Source: Octopus vulgaris (Eukaryota). From it: a stretch of 64,000 bases of DNA. Both the position numbers and the translations under genes were made by a program. Shown here in pieces: positions 25,166-35,777 of the stretch. Position 1 is the first letter of the stretch; each line of letters opens with the position of its first letter. The notes under the pieces are model-generated. The model saw nothing but the letters and a program-made list of their open reading frames with translations, searched no databases and was not told the origin of the DNA. The stretch spans positions 136,400,001 through 136,464,000 of the forward strand of contig OX597818.1 of assembly GCA_951406725.2 (NCBI GenBank). Reading direction: 5' to 3'.

Positions 25166-25231
25166 TTAAAGTAAGAAACATACATGAAAGCTAATGTAGT
25201 GAATATTTTAGAAATAGATATTAAAATGTTA

Positions 25232-25295
25232 ATTTCAACTGAAGATCGCAGAGTATGTTTGTCATGCAAAGCATGAAATCAATTGATATTGAAAT
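25232..25295 (+). ncRNA. Candidate type-I hammerhead ribozyme
   Basis: Stem I ATTTCAA/TTGAAAT, core CTGAAGA and GAAA, palindromic stem III ATCAATTGAT, AUA cleavage triplet. Stem II is imperfect. Confidence 0.65.
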
Positions 25296-25359
25296 ATTCT
25301 AGCTGATGTATTCAATGCAAAGGTAAGCCTATTTCTCATATGTTCATTGCATTGCTCGT

Positions 25360-25588
25360 ACTCTTTACTCTCTTTTACTCTTTTACTTGTTTCAGTCATT
25401 TGACTGCGGTCATGCTGGAGCACCGCCTTTAATCGAGCAAATCGACCCCGGGACTTATTCTTTGTAAGCCCCGGTACTTATTCTATCAGTCTCTTTTGCC
25501 GAACTGCTAAATGACGGGGACGTAAGCACACCAGCATCGGTTGTCAAGCAATGCTAGGGGGGACAAACACAGACACACAAACATATAA

Positions 25589-25619
<31 letters not shown>

Positions 25620-25778
25620 CGACAGGCTTCTTTCAGTTTCCGTCTACGAAATCAACTCACAAGGCATTGGTCGGCCCGAGGCTATCGCAGAAGACACTTG
25701 CCCAAGATGCCACGCAGTGGGACTGAACACGGAACCATGTGGTTGGTTAGCAAGCTACTTACCACACAGCCACACCTG
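25360..25778 (-). mobile_element. Family A tRNA-derived SINE (CORE-like block, internal TA/TG microsatellite, GTAAAAGA tail repeats)
   Basis: Head GTGGCTGTGTGGTAAG..GTTCAGTCCC, then CTTGGGCAAGTG, and tail CAAGTAAAAGAGTAAAAGAG. Confidence 0.9.
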
Positions 25779-25962
25779 CATGTGTATCTTTATCGTGAGT
25801 TTATGGTGGTTTTTGGAGCATTGGCTCTGATTTTAGAAAGTGGTGTTATATACCCTATTGAATCTTAATTTACCTTATATTGTGCCTGTAATGGTGTGAA
25901 CTTGCTAGCCACCTTATTATTACCATATTAATACCATTAATAATGGCAGTAATACTTCTATA

Positions 25963-26562
25963 TCTTTATATATAAAAGTGAAGTTGTGTGTCTGTCTCCT
26001 ACGATTTAGATTCCTAACTACTCCCATATTTTTGCGGTGCAGTGTAACCAAAAGCGGGTATCTTATAGTCGTGATTCATATCGAGCCCTTCTGGGTATTA
26101 GCACGCGTCTACGATGAGTCTACGATTTAAAAAAAAATTTACCATAATTTTTTCCCATTTTTAATGCATTTTTTTGCTATTACATAAGGAAAGTAACTCT
26201 CTAAAAATGTCTACAATGAGTCTACGATTTAAAAAAAAATTTACCATCATTTTTTTCCCATTTTTAATGCATTTTTTTGCTATTATATAAGGAAAGTAAC
26301 TCTCTAAAAATGTCTACGATGAGTCTACGATTTAAAAAAAAATTTACCATCATTTTTTCCCATTTTTAATGCATTTTTTGCTATTATATAAGGAAAGTAA
26401 CTCTCTAAAAATGTATTATTAAATCTCAGAATGTAAAAAGCTACGGTAACACCCCCCTTTGTGGTTAGCCATATTGAGATGGCTATTATACTTTACATCT
26501 CTAAAAATGCTTATATAGTTATTTCCCTTACAAACCCGAGCAACGCCGGGCGATACTGCTAG
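25963..26562 (+). mobile_element. Non-autonomous Helitron with three internal ~103-bp tandem repeats
   Basis: A|TC start, 3' hairpin CCCGAGCAACGCCGGG, terminal CTAG|T and no TSD. Second copy at 39214-39606. Confidence 0.88.
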
Positions 26563-26589
26563 TATTTATATATATAATGAGTAAACTGA

Positions 26590-27130
26590 CAGTCAGTTAC
26601 GATAACAAGGGTTACAGTTGATCCCACTAATGGAACAGCCTGCTTGTGAAATTAATGTGCAAGTGGCTGAGCACTCCATAGACATGTGTCCCCTTAACCC
26701 TTTAGTGTTCGCATTATTCTGACAAAATTAATGCTTTTTCATCCACTTTGTTTTGAACTAATCATGCATTATCTTGTAGCTATGAGAATTTGATGAGGTA
26801 GCTGTTAATTTTTAAAATGATATTGTAGGGTTGGTGTGAGAGACCAGATCTGGCCAGTTTGAACATAAAACAGGCAGAATACTTTTGGCTGGATATGGCC
26901 GGTTTAAATGCCAAAGGGTTAACCTAGTTCTCAGGGAGATTCAGTGTGACACAGAATGTGACAAGGCTGGCCCTTTGAATTACTGGTACAACTAATTTTT
27001 GGCAGCTGCATAGACTGGAGCAACATAAAATAAAGTGTCTTGCTCACAGACTCAACATGCTTCTGGGAATTGAACTCATAACCTTACAGTTGTGAGGTAA
27101 TTACTCTAACTACTAAGCCATGTGCTTTCA
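26590..27130 (-). mobile_element. Family D-related SINE interrupted by a TTAA MITE
   Basis: Aligns to 18790-18960 on both sides of the MITE. Confidence 0.8.
26698..26918. mobile_element. piggyBac-like MITE with TTAA TSD
   Basis: TTAA|CCCTTTAG ... CCAAAGGG|TTAA. Inverted relative to 24945-25165. Confidence 0.88.
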
Positions 27131-27542
27131 CATATAATGCGTACAATGAAAACAAGTGGCTGAAATGGGGTTCATTGTAGGGTGTGTGGAGCAACGTTAC
27201 TTGACAGGTGCATAGCTCAGATATCAAGGGGACTCTTTGAGTTGAGCTACTGCCTTTCCACATTGAGAGATCAGGCTCTGGTACTACAGGCAAGTGATTT
27301 GAATATCACAGGAAGGACTCTTCACACTGAAGTAATTGGCAGGTGAACTAGGAGTAGACCAAGAACAAAATGGCTGGATAATATCTATAGTCTTAGGTGG
27401 TCATACTTGGAAATCCAGCCAGAAAGTCTAATGATGGCTGCTTCTAACAGGACCATAAATCTCTACCCACTTGACCCTCTCAGGAAAAGTGGGTGGAGAA
27501 GATACTTGGATGGATATGTGTGTGTGTGTGTGTGTACATATA

Positions 27543-27770
27543 GTGGAGGTGCAATGGCCAAGTGGTTAGGGCAGCAGACTCGCAGTCGTATGATCGCGGT
27601 TTCGATTCCCAGACTGGGCGTTGTGAGTGTTTATTGAGCAAAAACACCTAAAAGCTCCACGAGGCTCCGGTAGGGGGTGGTGATCCCTGCTGTACTCTTT
27701 CACCACTAAATGGCGGTGCCCCAGCATGGCCACAGCTTGTGAGCTGAAACTAGATAAAATAAAATAAATA
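27543..27770 (+). mobile_element. Chimeric SINE: family D head joined to a family A-type tail
   Basis: D sequence runs to ...CTCTTTCACCAC, then TAAATGGCGGTGCCCCAGCATGGCCACAG..TGAAACTAGATAAAAT. Confidence 0.75.
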
Positions 27771-27771
27771 T

Positions 27772-27990
27772 ACTAGGTTGCTGAAAAATTCCTGGCTTTC
27801 AGGGTATTGCAAAAAGGCCTGATTGGAGGCCAAACCTTCCATGTTCTTTTTCAGGGCTTAGAAAAACTGAAGGACTGCTGCAATAAGTGTGTGAACCTGA
27901 GAGGGGGAATATGTTGAACAAAATCATAATTAACTGATCCTCCTGTATTTTCTTTTATCCAAAAGCCAAGAACTTTTCAGCATCCTCACA
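27772..27990 (+). mobile_element. Mariner-derived MITE
   Basis: TIRs GCTGAAAAATTCCTGGCTTT / AAAGCCAAGAACTTTTCAGC. The interior encodes a GLEKLKD.CNKCVNLRG(E)YVE-like mariner C-terminus. Confidence 0.82.
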
Positions 27991-28329
27991 TATAAATACA
28001 CACATACACACACACACATCTTGTTGATTATATTTTCAGTTGGTAATTTTAGAAATTTTCCAAATTTGACTTAGGGAAGTTGGGTGAGAGTGTTTACATA
28101 TAATGATGATGGCAATACTCCAGTATGACCTCAATCCAGTAAAAAAAGAAGTATTTATAAGTAGTGGGTCTTCTTTTTTATTTTACCTAAAACTCAACCA
28201 TCCAGATTGTTGTAATTGTTGTAGATTTCACATAGTATTTCAATGCACCTCAGAGTTGATTTTGTTGTTGTTATTTGGGCCAAATGAGTCCTGGATGTTC
28301 AATGACCAAAAGATATCTTGGTCATTGAG

Positions 28330-28549
28330 AAGGCGGCAAGCTGGCAGAAACATTAGCATACTGGGCGAAATGCTTAGTGGTATTTTGTCTGCTGTTACGT
28401 TCTGAGTTCAAATTCCACCGAGGTTGACTTTGCCTTTCATCCTTTTGGGATCGATAAATTAAGTACCAGTCACACACTGGGGTCGATGTAATCGACTTAA
28501 TCCCTTTGTCTATCCTTGTTTGTCCCCTCTTGTGGGCAATAAAGAAATA
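28330..28549 (+). mobile_element. Family B SINE with 16-bp TSD
   Basis: GATAT(C/T)TTGGTCATTG at 28312-28327 and 28551-28566. Confidence 0.9.
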
Positions 28550-28769
28550 GGATATTTTGGTCATTGTGCATCACAAAATCTCACTGAGTTCTCTTTTAAA
28601 GCCAGCAAATTATTTGAGGGAGATTTGTTGGTATTTTTAGTGGCTCAATGATGGTGTGGAGTGGTTTACTGTCATTGTCGATTCAATTAGTGGATCATTA
28701 TGAAATGGTGCAAGCACTCCATCAGAAGCATTTCAGCAATCTGTCGTATCTACAGTTTACAGAAATAAA

Positions 28770-29330
28770 CTGGACAGTGGAGAGTGTGCAGCATGTTCAG
28801 ATTGCAGTGTACAATATCTATAAGTGTGCAGGACAGTGGAAAGAGTGCAACATGTGAAAACTGCTACACTACACCACATACATGCATGTTGTAGTGTGTA
28901 CTTGTCAGCGGAGAGAGAGAGAGCACATGTGCAGACTGCACATACATGGATGTTGCACAGCATGCATGTTGTACATGCAATAATTACAGGTGTGCAGGGG
29001 ACAGTGGAAAGTGTGCAACATGTTCAGACTGTCATATGGCACCACATACATGCATGTTGCAGTGTATGATGCTCGCAGTTGTGCAGGACAGTGGAAAGAG
29101 TGCCTCATGTACATGCATATTGCAGTGTGCAGCATCCACCACAAGTGTACACAGTGGTAAGAGCGCAACATGTTCAGACGGTCACACTGTACTACATGCA
29201 TGTGTGTTGCAGTGTACAATATCCACAGGTGTGCAGCATGTATAGTTGTGCAGAAATAGACTGAACAGCAGAAAGAATGCAGTATGTTTACAGTATCACA
29301 CCGTGCTGCACAAAGTATGCATCTACAAGG
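28770..29330. repeat. Degenerate minisatellite, ~7 units of 55-90 bp
   Basis: Recurring GTGTGCAGGACAGTGGAAAGAGTGCAACATGTTCAGAC...CATGCATGTTGCAGTGTA. Confidence 0.75.
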
Positions 29331-29600
29331 TGTGTATATGTGTATATATATATATATAGATATATATATATATATCGAACAATAGATCTGTGAGACTGTT
29401 CAGCTAACTACCTGCATGGGATAGTGGTCTATTCCATAAGACCTGAATGGAATGGAGAGGACTGTCTCCAACTGACTTATCTTGTGGGTGTGTATGGAGT
29501 GAGTTGAGATCTAAACAATTTTTCTCTATATAAAAATATATATCTGGATTTTCGAGGAAGATCTTTCTCTGGGACACAAAGAATTTTACACCTGGAAATC

Positions 29601-29652
<52 letters not shown>

Positions 29653-29706
29653 TACATAATTGTATGTATGTATGCATATATATATTTAATGTATGTAGTG
29701 TGTGTT

Positions 29707-29742
<36 letters not shown>

Positions 29743-30668
29743 TACACACACACACACACGATATATGTAGGCACTGAGTAAGGAGAAGCAATATGCCTCA
29801 TCTCCGATAAATACTGGTTTCTATAGTTACAGCTCTTTTGCAATATCGTCCATCAATAGTGTATATACAGTTGTAGGATGACAGCAAACAATCCAAGTTT
29901 CTTGACTCATTTTGTATGGTCCATATTATAATTTCAATGAGTCACACTCACTAACATTGCTTTGATGCTGGCAGTGATTGTGGGTGGATGGTGGGTAAAC
30001 CACCTCCAGATAAAGCTTTTTGTAAACTACCAGTATCTCTTAGTTCTCTTTCCTTCCTTCTTTCTTTCTTTCTTTCTTTCTTGCGTTAGTCAGACAGGTG
30101 CTTGGTGGCGTTGTGTCTGTTAACCCTCCCCCTACCCGCCGCCGCCTCCGCCGCCGCCGCCGCCACTGCCACCACCACCACCACCAAAGCCACCACCACC
30201 ACCAAAGCCACCACCACCACCTATGACTACTACTGCCATCATCTTATAACTACCTGTTAGGTGTTCTGCTTTGTGAAATATGTAATATACTAATTAGAGT
30301 TATAACAATAATGAAGACTGTAGTGGTAGTGGTGGTGGTGGTGATAGTGGTGGTGGTGGTGGTGGTGGTGGTGGTGGTGGAAGAAGTGACAATGATAATG
30401 ATTTCTTTGGATGATGATCTAGAAATATGGCATTGCATGAGAGTCAAAGAATAAAGGATTATCCCAAAAACAATGTAAGAGTAAAAACACACATACAGAA
30501 ATAATATGGGATAGTACCTGAAGAGGTTGCCAGCAGACAATAGTAAGACAGTACTATACAATTATTAGACTAAATTGTTTTCCAGACTTAGCTCCAATCC
30601 CCTAAGTTGTAAGTTCAAAACTTGTTCAGTATAATTTCTTTCATCTTGCTAGGGTTCTTATTTTAAGT

Positions 30669-31055
30669 CATCATCATCATCATCATCATCATCGTTTAGC
30701 GTCCGTTCTCCATGCTAGCACGGGTTGGACGGTTCGACCGGGGATCTGGGAAGCCAGAAGGCTGCACCAGGCTCCGGTCTTATCTGGCAATGTTTCTACA
30801 GCTGGATGCCCTTCCTAACGCCAACCACTCCGTGAGTGTAGTGGGTGCTTTTTACGTGCCACCTGCACTGGTGCCTGGCGAGGCTGGCATCGGCCAAGGT
30901 CAGATTGGTGCATTTTACGTGCCACCTGCACGCGAGGCTGCACTGGCATCGACCACGATTCGGATAGTGCTTTCGTGCCACCGACACGGGAGCCAGTCGA
31001 GGTGGCACTGGCTTCGGCCACGATTCGGATGGTGCTTTTTACGTGCCACCGACAG
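30669..31055 (-). mobile_element. Family C element with four module copies
   Basis: (CAT)n tail, conserved body and tandem modules. Confidence 0.87.
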
Positions 31056-31070
31056 GAACCATGAATCTGA

Positions 31071-31727
31071 CTGTTGTGTCTGGGGAGAGTCATTTTCTTT
31101 TTGTGCCTTATAATGTAACACACTCACCGGTCAAATTTCTACTTATTTCTTATTTTTATTTTCGTAAAATTTTCCTAAAATTTTCTCGCAACCTTTTCAG
31201 TAGCCTTGACTCTGTCCGTTATTTAAATAACGGACAGAGTCAAGACTATTGGAAAGGTTGCAAGACGCAACGAAAATTTTAGGAAAATCATCATCATCAT
31301 CATCGTTTAACGTCTGTTTTTCGCACTAGCACGGGTTGGATGGTTTGACCGGGGTCTGGGAAGCCAGGGGCAGTACCAGGCTCCAGTCTGATCTGGCAGA
31401 GTTTCTACAGCTGGATGCCCTTCCTAATGCCAACCACTCCGCGAGTGTAGTGGGTGCTTTTTATGTGCCACATGCACAGGTGCCAGGGGGTTCCGGCATC
31501 GGCCACGATCGGTTGGAGCTTTTAACATGCCACCAGCATGGAAGCCAGCCAAGGCGGCGCTGGCAACTGCCACGTTCAGATGGTGCTTTTTATGTGCCAC
31601 CGGCACAGAAGCCAGTCGGGCGGCGCTGGCATCGGCCAATAAAAATAAGAAATAAGTGGAAATTTTACCGGTGAGTGTGTTACATTATAAGGCACAAAAA
31701 GAAAATGACTCTCCCCAGACACAACAG
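31071..31727. mobile_element. Foldback/palindromic MITE-like element split by a family C insertion
   Basis: ~90-bp inverted repeats at 31071-31160 and 31638-31727, inner arms, and a perfect 40-bp loop-less palindrome at 31205-31244. Confidence 0.85.
31288..31637 (-). mobile_element. Family C element nested in the foldback element
   Basis: (CAT)n tail, conserved body and three modules. Confidence 0.87.
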
Positions 31728-32154
31728 AATATGCTTCAACACACGAACTCATATAAAGAATCTTGCAAACCAAATCCAAAAACGAAATATAAATCTGACT
31801 GATCTGCTAAAAAATATGCATTCTGCATGCTATTTGTATAAAGTGGAAGAGGTGATGGGTGTGTGGTAAAGAACTTTGCTTTATGACTATGTGGTTCTAA
31901 GTTCAATCTCACTACATGATATCTTTAAAACTTGTCTTCAAACTGTAGCACTGTGTTGACCGATACTAAGTGAAATCTGGTCAAGTGAAACTGTGTAGTA
32001 GTCCACTTAATTCACCCATAGTTTCCATCTCTAAGGAACTATATTTTTGTAAAATTTTGGAGGGAAAATTTACGGATTCAATCGTCTATATGGGTTTGAC
32101 CTTTGCTTGCTTTCTTCCACTATTTCGGTGTCACCTGATCGAGAAGTGGAGGTA

Positions 32155-32511
32155 CATCATCATCATCATCATCATCATCGTTTAACGTCCGTTTTCCGTG
32201 CTAGCACAGGTTGGACAGTTCGACCGGGGTCTGGGAAGCCAGGGGCTGCTCCAGGCTCCAGTCTGATCTGGCAGAGTTTCTACGGCTGGATGCCCTTCTT
32301 AATGCCAACCACTCCGCAAGTGTAGTGGGTGCTTTTTACGTGCCACCTGCACAGGTGCCAGGGGGGGTCCGGCATCGGCCACGATTGGTCGGAGCTTTTA
32401 ACGTGCCAGCGGCACGGGCTCGGATGGTGCTTTTTATGTGCCACTGGCACAGAAGCCAGTCGGAGCGGCGCTGGCAACGTTCGGATGGTGCTTTTTATGT
32501 GCCACCGGCAC
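32155..32511 (-). mobile_element. Family C element
   Basis: Highly similar to 22271-22660. Confidence 0.87.
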
Positions 32512-32530
32512 ATTTGATAAATCTATTTTG

Positions 32531-32612
32531 TGGAAGTTTACGCTGACGAAGGACATGGAATTGATATTTCATTATATTCCTAATCCAGAAACGCGTTCAT
32601 AAATAACTGCCA
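32531..32612 (+). ncRNA. Candidate type-I hammerhead ribozyme (Penelope-like element relic)
   Basis: CTGACGA-A-GGA..GGAAT..ATTCC..TCC-A-GAAACGCGTT, with stem I GTTTACG/CATAAAT extended by TGGAAG/CTGCCA. Confidence 0.65.
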
Positions 32613-32799
32613 GACTTTGTTTTCGTTATTTCTTCCTTCTGTTTTGCATATGTGAATTACAGGGATATGTCGTATGTGGAGTCTTATTTGTAGAAAATAG
32701 AAATAAACAGTCTTTGACTGCTATTTCTAATTTTTTCGGTATGTGGCTAAGCAACCTGTTGCCTGCCTTTTTTTTATTTATATGAATATATATGTATAT

Positions 32800-33183
32800 T
32801 CTTTTATTCCCTTACTTGTTTCAGTCATTTGACTCTGGCCATGCTGGAGCACAACCTTTAGTCAAGCAAATCGACCCCAGGACTTATTCTTTGTAAGCCT
32901 AGTACTTATTCTATTGGTATCTTTCTGCCAAACTGCTAATTTACGGGGACGTAAACACACCATCAGTTATCAAGGGTTGGTGGGGGGGACAAATACAGAT
33001 ACACAAACATATACATATATACGATAGGCTTCTTTCAGTTTCCGTCTACCAAATCCACTCACAAAGCTTTGGTCAGCCTGAGGCTATAACAGAAGACACT
33101 TGCCCAAGGTGCCACACAATGGGACTGAACCCATAACCATGTGGTTGGGAAGTAAGCTTCTTACCACAGAGCCACACCTGCAC
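32800..33183 (-). mobile_element. Family A SINE
   Basis: Full alignment to the other A copies. Confidence 0.88.
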
Positions 33184-33213
33184 CGATGTATATATATATA
33201 TATATATATATAT

Positions 33214-33562
33214 AATTAGAGATAAAACCACTATTAGGCAAATCATACAATGAAAAACTTAAGCCAATACATAAGATTATTTAATTTATATTATTTAAAT
33301 ATATAACAAAATTATTTAAAAAAATATAATTAATATAACACTACGATCGTTTCATGGCTGTTAATTTCTTTAAATTTTCAAGTTACAGTCATTCATCAGG
33401 TGGTTTAAATATCTAAATATTTAACTTGGTGAGGTATGATTTGCCTAATAGTGGTTTTATCTCTAATTTAATATAATATAATATTTTACTATAAAATTGG
33501 ATTCAATCCTAAATCTGATTTTTCCCTGTAAGTTTGGATTTATTCCCTAATATTTATTATTA
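33214..33562. mobile_element. Non-autonomous Penelope-like fragment in (TA)n, with a 35-bp inverted repeat and a hammerhead
   Basis: IR at 33214-33248 and 33434-33468. A related copy lies at 56067-56222. Flanked by TA repeats. Confidence 0.65.
33337..33405 (-). ncRNA. Type-I minimal hammerhead ribozyme with intact core
   Basis: Minus strand reads AACCAC CUGAUGA AUGACUGU..ACAGCCAU GAAAC GAUC GUA GUGUU. Confidence 0.78.
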
Positions 33563-33664
33563 TATATATATCATCATCATCATCATCCTCATTTAACGTC
33601 CGCCTTCCATGCTAGCATGGGTTGGACGCTTCAACTGGAGTCTGGGAGCTCCAAGGCTGCACCA

Positions 33665-33711
<47 letters not shown>

Positions 33712-33979
33712 TAAATTTGTTTATGGGAAATGTTTTGAATGTGCAAGTAAAGCTCATATTCCATTATGCTGGTCACAATCTGATGCTGCTGACTGGTGAA
33801 CCAGATTTTTGGGGGTTGCATCGAGGTGTACTGAATAAATATAGCTGTAATAACAATAATCCCTTGGATGGAATTCATAAACATTTAATGCATCACTACG
33901 CGCATTTTCACAAATCACATGAAGAGACATGTGATTTGTAGTAAGATGCATAGCGATGCATTAAATGTTTATAAATTCC

Positions 33980-34616
33980 TCTTTTACTCTTTTACTTGTT
34001 TCAGTCATTTGACTGTGGCCATGCTGGAGCACCGCCTTTAGTCGAGCAAATCGACCCCGGGACTTATTCTTTGTAAGCCCAGAACTTATTCTATCGGTTT
34101 CTTTTGCCAAACCGCTAAGTGACGGAGACGTAAACACACCAGCATCGGTTGTCAAGCAATGCTAGAGGGACAAACACAGACACACAAACATATACACACA
34201 CACACATACATCATATATGTATATACATATATACGACAGGCTTCTTTCAGTTTCCGTCTACCAAATCCACTCACAAGGCTTTGGTCGGCCCGAGGCTATA
34301 GCAGAAGACACTTGCCCAAGATGCCACGCAGTGGGACTGAACCCGAATACAATTTGGTTGGTTAGCAAGCTACTTACCACACAGCCACTCCTACTATATA
34401 TATATTCTTTTTTATTCTTTTATTTGTTTCAGTCATTTGATTGTGGCCATGCTGGAGCACTGCCTTTAGTCAAGCAAACTGACCCCAGGACTTATTCTTT
34501 GTAAGCCTAGTACTTATTCTATTGGTCTATCTTACTGAACCGCTAAGTTACAGGGATGTAACACACCAGCATAGGTTGTCAAGCGATGTTGGAGTGACAA
34601 ACACACACACAAACAG

Positions 34617-34672
<56 letters not shown>

Positions 34673-34842
34673 CTATATATACAACGGGCTTCTTCCAGTT
34701 TCTGTCTACCAAATCCACTCACAAAGCTTTAGTTGGCCCGAGGCCATAGTAGAAGACTCTTGCCCAAGGTGCCACACAGTGGGACTGAACCCGGAACCAT
34801 GTGGTTGGTAAGCAAGCTACTTACCACACAGCCACTCCTGTG
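33980..34842 (-). mobile_element. Two head-to-tail family A SINEs (33980-34393 and 34405-34842)
   Basis: Each has a tail, an internal microsatellite and a tRNA head. Confidence 0.9.
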
Positions 34843-34844
34843 CA

Positions 34845-34877
<33 letters not shown>

Positions 34878-35189
34878 GTTTTGCGATGATCATTTTCAGA
34901 CAACAAAATATAATGCTTTTCAACATCTTGCTAACCTGGCCAAGACTTAGACTTTTACATTTAGGTATTTGGTTTGTAAGATTCCTGATATGAAATCAAG
35001 TGCTCAAACAGATATTGTTTTATTTTGGGATGGTCACATTTTCTTGTTTTGCTAAATAAATACACACATTATAGATTCGATCTTCACTTCAGCTTTATTA
35101 TTGTTCTCATTTTACTTTGTTTTAAAAACCTTTATCACACATCCTGTGATCTCTTCAGTGACTCTACATCTTACATGTCTCCCCCTGGG

Positions 35190-35245
<56 letters not shown>

Positions 35246-35777
35246 CGGTTCAACTGGGGTCTGTGAAGCCAGAAGGCTGCATCAAGCCCAGTCTGATCTG
35301 GCAGTGTTTCTACGGCTGGATGCCCTTCCTAACGCCAACCACTCCGTGAGTGTAGTGGGTGCTTTTTACGTGCTACCCGGAAGAAGACAAATGGGTCGAG
35401 ATTCACTACAGCTGTTTCAGAAACATTTTTTTTTATTGCTGAATAAACCAATTACATCATGAAAAAAAAAACGTTTTCTTCAGGTGAATTAAAAATTAAT
35501 AATTTTTAATTTGATTCTGGAAAAAAACCAAGATTTGAAATGTGTGTTGACCCTAACATTTTGGCAGCAAAGAAGAGAGTGAAAGCATGCCAAGGTATAG
35601 TCAGATTTCATCCATGTATGAGCCATAAAACCATCAACAGACACAGCAACACTAAATTATTTCTTTAAACAGATAGCAAGAGATGAAGCTTAAGAGGAAA
35701 GCAGAATAGAATAGGGTTGACATTCTGTTCCCTCTAACATCAATCACTTTATAACATGTGCCAACTACTTTACAATA

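Noticed and set aside
30250-30561. ORF with a hydrophobic stretch and poly-Thr
   Set aside because: The poly-Thr is a (GGT)n microsatellite and the hydrophobicity follows from T-rich composition.
35125-35165. Minus-strand CUGAAGA followed by a good stem (AUCACA/UGUGAU)
   Set aside because: The GAAA, stem III and stem I partner are missing. At most half of a hammerhead.
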